A DNA stretch of 64,000 bases from a virus (Duplodnaviria > Caudoviricetes). Below are positions 21,443 through 32,700 of the stretch, in pieces. A program made the position numbers and the translations under genes. The notes under the pieces were generated by a model. It searched no databases and was not told the DNA's origin. It saw only the letters and a program-made list of their open reading frames with translations. How positions within the stretch are numbered: position 1 is the first letter of the stretch; each line of letters opens with the position of its first letter. The DNA lies in the IMG/VR virus record IMGVR_UViG_3300043419_000448, positions 743-64,742 of that record. The stretch is one strand, 5' to 3'.

Positions 21443-22099
21443 TTATGCTGCCAATGAGCGGTCTACGATCTTACCGTAAGACGCATTGTCATTTGGAAGA
21501 AGACGGAATGAAACTTCAAACATTGTTGCTTCATCACGCTTTGCAGATACTGTTACGTTCTCAATTGAGAGTGCACGGTATGCTACATAGATTCTTTCCT
21601 TTGGATCTAGAGAAGAACCAGAACCTGGTCCTACTGCTACAAGACCACGCTCTAGTGGAACGTCGCCGATATCTCCAGCAGACATCTTCATTGACTGAAG
21701 TCCTGTTGAAGTTGTTAGATCTGTGTCACTTCCTGCAATTGCTACTAGAAGATTTTCTAGTGTTGCTTCTGCGAAAGATGTATTTAGATTAACTGTCATA
21801 CCTTGCTTGAACAAACGAGCAACGTCGAGAAGTTGATCTACTGCTACATCACCAAAATCTGGCTGGAATGCGAGTTCCAAACCATTTGATGTGTATCCTA
21901 TGTTTGTGTACGCTTCATCAGATGACAAAGTTTCCTTATAGGATGTTGCGGATGCTGTAAGAACTGGAAGATCTGATGCTGCTTGAGTATCAGTAATCTT
22001 GTTAGTTGCTGAATCGTATCCGATTGGGCCTGCATCATGAGTAAAGAGTGCTGCTGCACCTACGATGATGTTACTACTTGAACCACGGCTGTATGCCAT
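21443..22099 (-). CDS. major tail protein
   Basis: IGYTSNGLEL...VDQLLD...FAEATLENL tail-tube motifs; GAGGTG SD before MAYSRG. Confidence 0.85.
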   Translation of the reverse strand: MAYSRGSSSNIIVGAAALFTHDAGPIGYDSATNKITDTQAASDLPVLTASATSYKETLSSDEAYTNIGYTSNGLELAFQPDFGDVAVDQLLDVARLFKQGMTVNLNTSFAEATLENLLVAIAGSDTDLTTSTGLQSMKMSAGDIGDVPLERGLVAVGPGSGSSLDPKERIYVAYRALSIENVTVSAKRDEATMFEVSFRLLPNDNASYGKIVDRSLAA

Positions 22100-22165
22100 A
22101 TTTCTCACCTCTTTCATTTTATTAAAAGGGGGTTGTTTCCTCACCTTAATTATACAGGCTTTTTA

Positions 22166-22678
22166 TTATGGATTTACTGGGTGCCAGTCGTAATCTATGA
22201 TTATCTTATTACCAGCATAAGTACGGGCTGTACCAAAGTCAACGATATCTCTTGTTTCTTCAAGTTGGTATATCTTAAAGTTATGAAAGAAAAGTGGCTT
22301 AGAGTCTGCGTTCCATGCGGAAGCATTTGCTGCTGCCCAGTCATTTATGTCTTTTGCTGAGTCATCACCGTTATCTAATAAATCACTTACCTGCTGCTGA
22401 GTAATTACCATGTTTCTCTGAGCGTTATCACCAACAGAGTAGAAATAATAAAGAAGTTGTTCACACTTAATGTATGGGAATGGCACTCTTCTCATTTTAA
22501 ACATTCTATCGTAAACACCGAACACTCCAGTGCTTTGTGGAAATGTTTCAGTTAGAGAGTCTATCTCGGTTGGCAGGGTTGGGAAAAAGTATGTAATCTG
22601 GCCCTGTGTGCCAAAGTCCATCTTAGAATTAAGGTAAGCATTAATAATTGTTGGAGGGTGGTGGATTACTGCAGTCAT
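22166..22678 (-). CDS. probable tail terminator/completion protein
   Basis: synteny, directly before major tail gene. Confidence 0.5.
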   Translation of the reverse strand: MTAVIHHPPTIINAYLNSKMDFGTQGQITYFFPTLPTEIDSLTETFPQSTGVFGVYDRMFKMRRVPFPYIKCEQLLYYFYSVGDNAQRNMVITQQQVSDLLDNGDDSAKDINDWAAANASAWNADSKPLFFHNFKIYQLEETRDIVDFGTARTYAGNKIIIDYDWHPVNP

Positions 22679-23352
22679 TATGCACCCATCCCTGCATTAG
22701 CAATCCATCTGTATCCAGTGGAGATTCCCTTTGCCTTACCTGATCTTTTCCCTGCTGGCATATTCTTCTTGTATGCTATTGGGTTTTCTAGATACTTTGC
22801 TACACCGCTTGTTCTTAAAAATGCTTGTGAGAAGTATTTATTAAAGAACATATCAAATGCTTTTTCAAAACCACCCTCGACATCGTTTCCTCCAGGATTT
22901 AATACTTCAACTGGACCTCTAGTAAAAATTGTTTCTCCTCCATCTTCAAAAGCCAAGACCTGTGCAACCTTGGGTCTTATTGTAACTGGAATACCTTCTT
23001 CCATAATTCTTGCTTTGTTGTAGAATGGAGTTCTAGACCCATTCTTAATTGATGTTGATTGGCTAAAAGATGATCTAAAAGATAATCCTAGATTGCTTGT
23101 TGTATAAGATATGTCATAAAGTCTTGCGTCTGGGCTTCCTGTTTGATGCCACTCATACACATGGTGTAGCATCTCTGGGTTTACTCTTGCATTTGAGTCT
23201 ATGAATTCTTTCATTAACTCTACCGTTTCCATTCCCAAAGTTTTTAAGAATGCAGTTTTGCCTTTGTGAACACCCTCTAGAAAACCTATAGAGTAGTTAA
23301 CAATATTATTCATTTCTTTTTTAAACTGGTTTGAGTTAAAGGCTGCTATCAT
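22678..23352 (-). CDS. neck/tail completion protein
   Basis: synteny; KARIMEEG motif reminiscent of HK97 gp10-like proteins. Confidence 0.45.
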   Translation of the reverse strand: MIAAFNSNQFKKEMNNIVNYSIGFLEGVHKGKTAFLKTLGMETVELMKEFIDSNARVNPEMLHHVYEWHQTGSPDARLYDISYTTSNLGLSFRSSFSQSTSIKNGSRTPFYNKARIMEEGIPVTIRPKVAQVLAFEDGGETIFTRGPVEVLNPGGNDVEGGFEKAFDMFFNKYFSQAFLRTSGVAKYLENPIAYKKNMPAGKRSGKAKGISTGYRWIANAGMGA

Positions 23353-23798
23353 ACATCACCTGCTTGATTTTCTGATCTTCTGATAACTAACTTGTAAGAC
23401 TCAACTACTCCAAATGGCCCAGTGAAAGGCTCGTATGTCGCTATCTCAAATAGGGTTCCCTTGCCAGATCTAGGGCCAGAAGTTTCCATGTAGATAAGAT
23501 TTCCTTCTTGATCTTTGATATCAGATATTAGGATATTAGTTAAAGCATTTTTGCTGTCCAGAAGTGAGATTCTAATGTCAGACTTAATTCTTCCTACCAA
23601 AATAGTATTCTGCGTTATGTTTACATTTGGCTTTACTTCTTCTTTGAATGCTGAACCGCCTGAAGAAAAACTACAAGCAAAAACTCTATCTAAAACCCAC
23701 TTCTTTTTTATTGCCCCAAAGTCACCCTGCTCAACTATAGGATGGTATACAGAGGCCTGCATAGGAAACATGAAGTCTGGACTTTCGCAAACTGTCAT
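23349..23798 (-). CDS. probable head closure (stopper) protein
   Basis: 149 aa beta-rich, follows adaptor. Confidence 0.5.
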   Translation of the reverse strand: MTVCESPDFMFPMQASVYHPIVEQGDFGAIKKKWVLDRVFACSFSSGGSAFKEEVKPNVNITQNTILVGRIKSDIRISLLDSKNALTNILISDIKDQEGNLIYMETSGPRSGKGTLFEIATYEPFTGPFGVVESYKLVIRRSENQAGDV

Positions 23799-24694
23799 TA
23801 TAGTACCCCAATTTTTGTAATAGACTTAGCATACTTTGAGAGTATCTTGTCTACAATTATGTTTCCTGTTCCTTCGAAAAGACCCTTATCAAACTGAATT
23901 CTATACTGATCTGTGTTATAAGAAGAAATAAATCTCTTGTAGTAATCTAATTTTCCACACTCTAAATCATGAACAAGCATCTCTGTTGCTCTAACAATAT
24001 CTGATGGAACTGTTGTGTATCCACATTCAACTGTAACTAAATAGTCCCATGTCTTGCCAAAGCCTCTGTACACAAACTGTGGATCTAGAGAGTCTGAGGC
24101 TGCTGCTGGCAATACAAGAGGAGAAGATTCTGCACGATTAATGTTGTCAGAAGACTTTTCAATGATTGCTGTCTTGTCTGATGATACCTCATACTGTCTA
24201 TCTTCTACCAACTTGTTGTTTTCATATACCGACAAAACTTTTTTAACATCATCCCAAATTGGAAGATAGTCTGATCCAGTTCCTGTAAAATGCAAAACCT
24301 TTTTCTTATAATAAAAACCTTCTGGAATTACAGAGTCAATAACTGCTCTTGCAATTTCTTCATTAGTTGCATACTCTAAAACATCTGAAGCAGTTGTTGC
24401 TTTAGTGTTTGGATCAACATATGGTCTTACGACTTCGTAGGTTTCATCCTGAAGTTCTAATTCTTCTTCTGTTCCAAGATCTGCAATAATCTCAACTCTA
24501 TAAGAGGAGTCATACTTTCCTGATAGGATAGTCTGTATTGTTTGACCTGAACTAATATTTGTAAGTGTTGAAGTTGATACTGAAAGGTCCGCCATATCTG
24601 TTACGTTAACAGTTATATCTGATGACGTGACTCCCGCAGGAACCACAAAGCCAACAGTTATATCTGAATATGGCGAAACTCTCAATATCTCCAT
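23798..24694 (-). CDS. head-to-tail adaptor
   Basis: GYTTVPSDIVRATEMLV...VDKILSKY adaptor motifs. Confidence 0.65.
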   Translation of the reverse strand: MEILRVSPYSDITVGFVVPAGVTSSDITVNVTDMADLSVSTSTLTNISSGQTIQTILSGKYDSSYRVEIIADLGTEEELELQDETYEVVRPYVDPNTKATTASDVLEYATNEEIARAVIDSVIPEGFYYKKKVLHFTGTGSDYLPIWDDVKKVLSVYENNKLVEDRQYEVSSDKTAIIEKSSDNINRAESSPLVLPAAASDSLDPQFVYRGFGKTWDYLVTVECGYTTVPSDIVRATEMLVHDLECGKLDYYKRFISSYNTDQYRIQFDKGLFEGTGNIIVDKILSKYAKSITKIGVL

Positions 24695-24700
24695 CTTTAA

Positions 24701-25138
24701 TTATCCAAAAGCCTTCTGGACTTCTTCTGGTGAAGCAATGCGAATATGCCCACGAGTAAGCCACTTTTCTGCCTGTGCCTTTGTAACAATGTTGTAACCC
24801 TTAGAAATTGATCCAACCTCTTCCCAACGAACGCTCTTTGTTGAGTGAAGTGCAACCTTTTCTCCTAGGTCAGAACCTGCATTGCTGATCTTCTTTTTTG
24901 GACCATCTGCTGCCAATGATGAAATAGCGCCTGTTCTTGAAAATCCTAGTGCCTGAACTGGTTCTTCTGCTGCAGGTGCTTCGACAACTGGTGCCTCAAC
25001 TTCTGGTGCTTCTACAACTGGCTCTGCTACTGGTTCTACAACTGGCTCTGCTGGTGTCTCTACCGCTGGGGCTTCGACAACTACTGGCTCTTCTACATGA
25101 TCTGCTGAAGAATTATTATTGTGATTATTGTTTTCCAT
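24701..25138 (-). CDS. hypothetical protein with acidic EPVV/EAP low-complexity N-terminus
   Basis: AGGAGG SD and TGATATAAT at 25157-25165. Confidence 0.65.
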   Translation of the reverse strand: MENNNHNNNSSADHVEEPVVVEAPAVETPAEPVVEPVAEPVVEAPEVEAPVVEAPAAEEPVQALGFSRTGAISSLAADGPKKKISNAGSDLGEKVALHSTKSVRWEEVGSISKGYNIVTKAQAEKWLTRGHIRIASPEEVQKAFG

Positions 25139-25177
25139 TGTATCCTCCTTGTTTGTATTATATCATTAAAGTATTAA

Positions 25178-25207
25178 GGGGGACAGGAGAGTGAACTCCC
25201 GCCCCCC
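25178..25207 (-). terminator. terminator after major capsid gene
   Basis: GC-rich imperfect hairpin GGGGGCGGGAG...CTCCTGTCCCCC followed by TTAATACTTT. Confidence 0.7.
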
Positions 25208-25228
25208 ATTAAAGGTACTATCTACAGA

Positions 25229-26362
25229 TTATGAATCTGAAGCAGCGTCAGCGAATGCAATTGCATCCTCTTCTTCCCACTGAATACCAAAGCGGACGAA
25301 TACTGTGTACTCAATTGTGTCCTTCTTTGCTACGTATTCACGGTTTACAGTGATGTCACGCTGGAATCCCCATACACGGTTTGCAGGGAATGTCAAGTCG
25401 ATATAGCCTGCTGGGTAGTAAGGAACTTCCTGAACTTCGATTCCGAGAACACGAGTTGTACGTGCTCCACCGAATGTCTGTCCGATACCATCAAGGTATG
25501 ACTGACGGTTTGCCTGTGTTGATCCTGGGACCTGTCCAGCAAACGCTTCTGCAACTGCATCAGCAAGTGTACCGTTGTTCTTAACGATTCCACCGAATGC
25601 ATCTGTACCTGCGTAGAACTTAAGATTGTTCTTAAGTGCACGGTACTTACGTGGCATTGCGTTGATGATGCCCTGCATTACATCAGGTGTCCAAGCATTA
25701 TCTGCTACGGTCACTACTGACTCATGTGCATCTCCGTTTGTCTTTACCTTGTTGATAAAGCCTGGCATGATTGACAAGAATGCTCCTGTTGAACCATCGC
25801 CATTGATAGCGAGATCTTCGATATCATTTGCGAAAGCGTTGGTCATCAAGCGTACCAAGTGATCTTCTAGAGCGTCACCTTCTACACCATCTTCCAATGA
25901 TTCTGCTGTTACTTCCCAATCAAGACGAATCTTCTTGGTAGTAAGTTCGACCTTAGAGAATGTTGCACCTGTGTTTGTGTATGATCCAACTGCTTGCGCT
26001 GCTGCACGAATTACACGCTCACCGACGTTTACCTTCTCAAGTTCCATAGAATTAGCCTTCATTGTTACACGACGGCCATCCTTTGCTAATACTGTTGCAT
26101 CCCAAACATAGTCGATAAAACGACGTGCCTGCTCAGGGCGCAAAATTCCAGAAGCCGCTGAACCACTAGGGTTAACAGCGTTTGCTCCGCTTGTAGATCC
26201 AAGAGTTGCTGTTGGAATGTTACCAAGTGTATCTGCACCTGGGTTTGTTACTCCACCAATTCCACCTGATGCGAAAGCACCTTGACCCTGGTAAAGTCCT
26301 GGTGCAGTTCCACCTAGATCTCCACTAGCGCCTGGCTGGTTTTTGATTATTTCTTCTGACAT
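25229..26362 (-). CDS. major capsid protein (HK97 fold)
   Basis: GILRPEQARRFID, ESLEDGVEG, EDLAINGD, LTFPAN motifs; GGAGGTG SD before MSEEII. Confidence 0.9.
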   Translation of the reverse strand: MSEEIIKNQPGASGDLGGTAPGLYQGQGAFASGGIGGVTNPGADTLGNIPTATLGSTSGANAVNPSGSAASGILRPEQARRFIDYVWDATVLAKDGRRVTMKANSMELEKVNVGERVIRAAAQAVGSYTNTGATFSKVELTTKKIRLDWEVTAESLEDGVEGDALEDHLVRLMTNAFANDIEDLAINGDGSTGAFLSIMPGFINKVKTNGDAHESVVTVADNAWTPDVMQGIINAMPRKYRALKNNLKFYAGTDAFGGIVKNNGTLADAVAEAFAGQVPGSTQANRQSYLDGIGQTFGGARTTRVLGIEVQEVPYYPAGYIDLTFPANRVWGFQRDITVNREYVAKKDTIEYTVFVRFGIQWEEEDAIAFADAASDS

Positions 26363-26385
26363 ATTGTCACCTCCTAGTGATTTGT

Positions 26386-27723
26386 TCATTTGAATAGATC
26401 GGCTGTTTTGAGGAAACTACCGCCCCATAGGGATTTTTCAACCATCTCAGGTTGAGACTGAAAGATATCGCCGATATCTCCAGACTTTCGGAATGCGGTT
26501 TCTGCTTCCACAGCGTCTACTCGTTTTCCAAATTCATTAAATTCACCTGAAACTGCTGCAATATCTTTTGCAACTGCTGCGAATGAATCTTTTACTGTAT
26601 CAACATCTACCTTTGAAGACTTAAGAAGTTCTACTTCTGCTTGCAAAGATTTGACTGTTGAGATTAGATCGCTAAAGGCTGATGTTAGATTATTCTTGAT
26701 TTCTGCAACTGCTTCTGCAATTACATCATCTGACTTAGATACATCTGTATCTGCTTCTGCTACCTTTTCAACTGCGTCAGCAACTGGTGCTTCTTCAGTG
26801 ATCTCTACAACTGCTTCGTCTGACTTAGCAACATCTGTTGCTTCTGTCTCTTCTGCCTTTGTAACTTCTTCGGTAACTTCTGCAATTACTGCATCTGCCT
26901 CTGGAGCGACCACAACGTCTTCAACTACATCTGTCTTTTCAACTTGTGTCTTTGATTTTGTCATAGGACTTACCTCCTTGTTAATCTTAGAAGTATTAAT
27001 GCCTTTAGCACTATCAACTAAGAATTTTATCATGTTTGTTTTTTCATTATCCGTTTTTTCAACGAAACCTATATTTGCCATTTGCTCTCCAGTTGCTGGG
27101 CTAACTTCAGATTCATTTTCTGAAACCATTACCAAACCAGATTCCTTATCGTAAAAAACATTTTCTAGAACTGTTTCATCAGCCTTGATAACATCTACGC
27201 CATCAACCTTTTCAACAGATACAATATTTGCAAACTGATTTGCTGGGGAATCTACAAGACTCAACTCAATCAAATCATATTGCTTAATAATTCTAATTGC
27301 TTTGTCTGACTTCTCGTCAAACCCATCATCCCACTTGTTCATTCTTCCGCCGATAGAAAAACCTGTTAGAGTTCCATCAAGAACTTTCTCCCAAGTATCT
27401 TGTGCACCCTTTGAAACATATGCAGAAACAAAAACACCATTATAAAACTTCTTTGATTCTGGATCAAAGTACTTATCTGCTTTAAATGATACCATCTTGC
27501 CTACTGCTAATGGCTGATGCATTTCTCTAATGTTCCCACGGAATTTTGCAAATGCATCCATTGATGCTTCTGCTGTTACAATGTCGTCCTGCTTATCAAC
27601 ATTATCTAAAGATGCAAAACCAGAAACGATACGGCGCTCTTTGTCTACTTTAGTAAGAGGCATCGAGAGACGCAGATTGTTGCCATCGGTATCCCAATGG
27701 GCCTTGGATATATTGCTCACCAT
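26386..27723 (-). CDS. prohead protease with C-terminal acidic scaffold region
   Basis: GFAS..NVDKQDD, REMH, GFSIGG, ELSLVDSPAN; acidic coiled-coil tail. Confidence 0.88.
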   Translation of the reverse strand: MVSNISKAHWDTDGNNLRLSMPLTKVDKERRIVSGFASLDNVDKQDDIVTAEASMDAFAKFRGNIREMHQPLAVGKMVSFKADKYFDPESKKFYNGVFVSAYVSKGAQDTWEKVLDGTLTGFSIGGRMNKWDDGFDEKSDKAIRIIKQYDLIELSLVDSPANQFANIVSVEKVDGVDVIKADETVLENVFYDKESGLVMVSENESEVSPATGEQMANIGFVEKTDNEKTNMIKFLVDSAKGINTSKINKEVSPMTKSKTQVEKTDVVEDVVVAPEADAVIAEVTEEVTKAEETEATDVAKSDEAVVEITEEAPVADAVEKVAEADTDVSKSDDVIAEAVAEIKNNLTSAFSDLISTVKSLQAEVELLKSSKVDVDTVKDSFAAVAKDIAAVSGEFNEFGKRVDAVEAETAFRKSGDIGDIFQSQPEMVEKSLWGGSFLKTADLFK

Positions 27724-27775
27724 TATATTATAAACCCCCTTTTATACACATATCACAATGTGGACATATCGGACA

Positions 27776-29368
27776 TTAAGGAGTTTTTCTTCCCTCTCCC
27801 TTTGGGTTTCTTCCAGCAACTGTTGAGGTGCTGTCTGAATTGTTGTTTGTTCTTTCTGAATCTCTAGCCCTTGTTGTATTTGCTTCGGCTGCTGCTGCTG
27901 GCTTTAGGTCTAGTACTTCATCGCCACCATCACGCTGAGGCATGTCCAAAAGAACTCTTGCCTCATTTGGAGTCATAATCTGATTCTTAACATATCTCTC
28001 AAGAATTTGAGACTGTGCTATTTCATCAGTTAGGGTTAATTCATTGAAAACAAACTCAAGAATATCTGTCTTTTCACGAACAATCTTGTTGATCATTTTT
28101 TCAAGTTGTCTTTGTGCTGGTCTTGCTACCTGCTCCTTAAAGGTGCGATCCTGTGCAAGTGCTGCTGCAATAGAACCAGAATCGCCACCTCCAAGTTTAG
28201 ATAGTGGCACTTGATGTGCTACCAGGATGTCATCACGGTTTTGTTTACGATACTCTTTAAAAGAGCCGTCTTGTATTCCGTCTTCGATGGGATCCATCTT
28301 GAACTCTACCTTATTGTTTTCGCTATCACCTGGAAGTGGAATATATAGCGTTCTGTGAGACTGCCCTCTGAGACTTGTTTGCAAGAATCTAAACATCTTG
28401 TCTTCTGCATCTCCAGAAAGTTTCGCACCCTTTAATGTTACAACGTATCGTGGAACTGCTTTGTTTGCAAAATAGTCAATGTTATATTGTGAAGCAAGAG
28501 AGTCTCCATGCAGTGAGTTAATTGCAGACATAATGTCTGGTACTCCATAGAATGTATTTAAAGGTGAGTATTGCTTAAAGTGAATAATCTCGTTTGGTCT
28601 AGCATCTGTTGTAAGTGGATTTTGATTTTTTGCTCCAAAGTTACGGAAGTAAACAATCTTATTTCCAATGATCTGAACGTAGCCGTCTTTAATTCTTCTA
28701 ACACGCATTGTTGTTGATGGGATATGCCCTACATACCCAATCTCTCCACGAGTAGTGCGACCTATTTCTAGGTATCCATTTCCAGTAGATTGAAGGTCTG
28801 TGTAAACCTTTTCCATAGTCGCAGTAAATGAATCATCATCATTTAAAGACTCTAGCCAATCACGCATTTCAATCTTTGCTCTTTCAATTCTTTTTCTTGC
28901 CTTCTGTGTGGCACTATTATCTTCTGAAGATTCAAGTCTCATCATTGTTCTTTGAGAAACCTTAAACTCATAGCCAAGACCAACGATGTTCTCTACCTTG
29001 GCATCAATTGCTGCGTGGTTTGCAAAAGATGTGTCATAGTAGTTTGCTAATTCATACAGGTTCCATGGAGGAGTAATTACATCAAACATTCCATAACCAT
29101 TTACATATACTAGCCCTGGATTTATTTCTTTTGACTGTGCTCCATCAATACCGCTTTTTCCAGCAAGGGCTGCTGTTGTGTATTGGTTAGTTGGCTCAAC
29201 CATCTTTGTTGATGATCTGCTTATTCTTCTTTTAAAGTTTGCCTCTAGTCCGTCAAGAGATTTTAGAGTATCCCAGTTACCATTAAATGGATCAGACTTT
29301 GAGAAGGTATCATCTTTTTTTATTGCATCATCAATTCGTGCATTAATTTCGTATTCGTTGTCTTCCAT
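27776..29368 (-). CDS. portal protein
   Basis: STGNGYLEI, EIIHFK, FYGVPD, MTPNEAR motifs. Confidence 0.9.
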   Translation of the reverse strand: MEDNEYEINARIDDAIKKDDTFSKSDPFNGNWDTLKSLDGLEANFKRRISRSSTKMVEPTNQYTTAALAGKSGIDGAQSKEINPGLVYVNGYGMFDVITPPWNLYELANYYDTSFANHAAIDAKVENIVGLGYEFKVSQRTMMRLESSEDNSATQKARKRIERAKIEMRDWLESLNDDDSFTATMEKVYTDLQSTGNGYLEIGRTTRGEIGYVGHIPSTTMRVRRIKDGYVQIIGNKIVYFRNFGAKNQNPLTTDARPNEIIHFKQYSPLNTFYGVPDIMSAINSLHGDSLASQYNIDYFANKAVPRYVVTLKGAKLSGDAEDKMFRFLQTSLRGQSHRTLYIPLPGDSENNKVEFKMDPIEDGIQDGSFKEYRKQNRDDILVAHQVPLSKLGGGDSGSIAAALAQDRTFKEQVARPAQRQLEKMINKIVREKTDILEFVFNELTLTDEIAQSQILERYVKNQIMTPNEARVLLDMPQRDGGDEVLDLKPAAAAEANTTRARDSERTNNNSDSTSTVAGRNPKGEGRKTP

Positions 29369-29370
29369 GA

Positions 29371-29757
29371 CTACTCCTCATCACCATACTTGGCAATTGT
29401 ATCTTTTGCTGCCTGGACAGCGCCAAGGTCATTTAGAGAAGGAATAAGGCCAGCCTTTAATCTATCAACCTGCTCAGAATATTCTTCTTCTGTTACTCTT
29501 GTCAATCCTGGAACAAACACGCATGTGCCATCTCCTGGATCTCCGTAATACATAGCAGTCTTTTTTAGTTCTGCAATTCTAGCAATATCATTTTTATCTG
29601 ATGGAATATTCAGCACAGAGCCGTTGCCATCTGTGAACCATTTGCCATTAGCCTTCTTGTAAACGTAAAGACCCCAGTCATAATTCTTTTCAATTACCTG
29701 TCGTCTAACATTTTTTACAATTGGTTCACCAGTTTTTGGGTTTATTAAGGAATCCAT
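29371..29757 (-). CDS. hypothetical protein
   Basis: 128 aa; TGGTATACT 7 nt before ATG. Confidence 0.6.
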   Translation of the reverse strand: MDSLINPKTGEPIVKNVRRQVIEKNYDWGLYVYKKANGKWFTDGNGSVLNIPSDKNDIARIAELKKTAMYYGDPGDGTCVFVPGLTRVTEEEYSEQVDRLKAGLIPSLNDLGAVQAAKDTIAKYGDEE

Positions 29758-29775
29758 AACTATAAGTATACCACA

Positions 29776-32700
29776 TTAGGCAGGATCAACTACAGTTTGG
29801 TTCCAGTTGATGTCCGAATATGCGGTATATTTGTAGTTTCCAAAACGCAATAGGCTGTCATCCTCTACAATTATCTTGTTTGTTCCCGTGTAACTCTTAT
29901 AAACCTCTGATGGATTAACTCCATAGTAACTAGTTTCTGATAAAACTAGTACCTTATTCCAGTTTAATGAGCCAGTATTCCAGAATTTCCAGTCCAATTC
30001 ACTTGAATTCAAAACCTTAACTCTAAACCAAGGTCTCTCAGATACATTCTGAACCTCTTGTAGGTTGGTTGACTGATAGAATGATATGTTATTAAATAGG
30101 AGTGGGCCTGTTAATCTAATTGCCCCCTCAAAATACGAGAAGTCTAGGCTATCTGCAAAATTTATCCCCAGGAATCCCCAGTCTTGCAAAGTTATAACTG
30201 GCTCTTTTACAATCTTTCCATTCCAATAAAAACCAATACCGTTTTGAACTAGTCCTGTCTTTGTGTCTATTGCATATATCTTTGCTCTTCTTCCACTTGG
30301 GTCACAGGCAACCAAGTAGAACTTTATGTAAGACCCCTTGCTTTCAATCTCAAAAATTTCTGTTGGCGCATATGGGAAATAGTCTCCGTCAAACCTAACA
30401 GCAAGTTGCATTGCAATAACTTTAAATCCGTCTGACCTGCTTGAGTTTACAGGGATCATAAGACCTCTATTAATAAGTGGATCGTACTTACCTCTTAATT
30501 GTATTCCGCTTGTTTTTGTTAAATACAGATATGGAGATGATGAGTCATAAATTGAGAATGGGTTATTCTTTTTGAAGTCATAGTATATTCCAGATTTGGT
30601 ATAGGGATAGATTGGAGTTCCAAATCTTGTCCCTATTGGGCTTGCGTCAGACTCGTTTAACGCTTGAGATGCATAGGACATCTTTTTAATGCTGACATTG
30701 TTTACTGATGAATTCTTTACATTAATATCTATATGTGTAACTATTGATAAGTCATTAAAGTCTACACCTGAAGGAGGATATATTATCATGCTGTCTACTA
30801 CTTCATACTTTGTTCTCATCCAATCAGATCCTGGAACCAAAACGCCATCTCTCGATGGCCTTTCTACCTTAACAAAATATTCAGATGTAGCATTTGCCCC
30901 AAGTTCTGTATATTGAAATGTAACGTATGTCTTTACTAGTGATCCATCTGTATCGTACTTGTAATCTTTTGCTACCTTGTTTTTTAAATCTTCATAATCA
31001 TTATACCCAGTAAACAAGTAGTTATCTAGAGAATCATAATTTCTTTCAACAGGAAGGGCATACTGATTAGCAAGATCTGCATATGTCCAATCAACTGGCT
31101 CTGTTTCTATTGCAATTGTCTTTGTTGGAATAGGATAGTTAAAATTAAATTGAATAAAATCAAGATCAAAATACTGATCTCCTCTCTTATCAAAAACCGA
31201 TTCTGCAAAATATGTAAGAGGCAAGTTATCTTCCCAGTAGGCATTTGCTGATATTGCAAGAGTGTATTTGTCAAAGATTATGTCTGGAACTAGTGTGTAA
31301 CTTGCGGTATGCTCGATCAAGAAATCTTCTTCCATTAGAACAACTCCACCGCCAGATATTGCTCCTGGTGACGTATCAGTTAGCCCTCCAAAAGGTGGCT
31401 CAGATACTGTGTCAATGCCTCCATCAATATCTATTAACTGATTGCTTTGATAGGCAGCAAATAGATCTTCATTAAGTTTTGGAATTCCAATCTCATTAAA
31501 CAAATTCTTTATTTTTTGAAAGTTATACTTTGTAGAAAGTCCAATGTTGTAAATCTTTCCAGTAAAAGTTGAGTTCTTTGTTCCAGTATCATCTTTATCT
31601 CCTCCAACATATAGTCTTAAGTCTGACAAAGAACCAAAGAAGTTTGATACTGGATTTCCAAATATTTCTACAAATCTAGGAATATTTACTCCAACCTCAA
31701 TAAACTCATTGGCATCCAATACCTGAGATTCATAAAGAACTTCGGTCTTCTTGTTTGCATAAATAACATATCTTAGTTTGTTATTAGCAACCTCTATTTT
31801 AAAGTAGTCCGATGTATTTTCTTTTTCAATTTTAAAAAGAATTTGAGACTGAGAGACAACACCCTTTAACTGGAAGCATCCGTAAAACGCTGAGATTGGA
31901 GTGCTAAGAACATCAAAGTTTTTAAAGAATAGATACCCCTTTACTGCGTCCCAAGAAGATGCTGTTGGTCTAAATGTAAAGTAGTCTCTTTGATCATACA
32001 AAAAATTTTCAGAATTTGAAACAGAGTTGGCAGTTTTATTATCTGCAAACAATTCAGACTCTGTTTTTGAAGATAAAATGGTTTCTGGAAGTGGATTAGA
32101 AACTACAGACAAAGCCTTATTTGTAGTGACAATATTGTCGCTAAACCCCTGATTCCATGATCCAGTTTTTGGATAAGAATAATTTGCTGTATAGTCTGCA
32201 AAGGAGTAGTCAATAGTAACAGATGTTCCGCTATAAGAAGTATTGATATTTTCTGGTATTTCAACTCCTTGGCCAAAGACAAACCTTCTTTTTGCAACTG
32301 CCGATGGAACTAGGTATGGATAAATTCCAACGCAGTCTATATCGATTGGAGATATGTCATCGTATGCATAGAATCCAATCCAGTCTTGACTTTTACCGCC
32401 AACAAATTCTGATGGAAGGCTTGCTAATTCTTGAGAATATGGAAGGGATATAACTTCTTCTCCATTAATTAAAACGGATGCAATATCCGTTCCAACTTTT
32501 AGATGAACTAGCATTGGTCTAGTCCATTCTCCTACATAGTTTGTCTTATACTCATTCCCAACCTTTAGACCTATTGATGGTCCATCTACATAAATTCCAT
32601 CTGTAGAACCTATAGGGCCAATAATTCTTTTTCTGCCGTTTGTATAAGAGTTTATCCTTAGCCAGGTTTCGAGTGTATATTGCTTAAACTGGCCTGAATC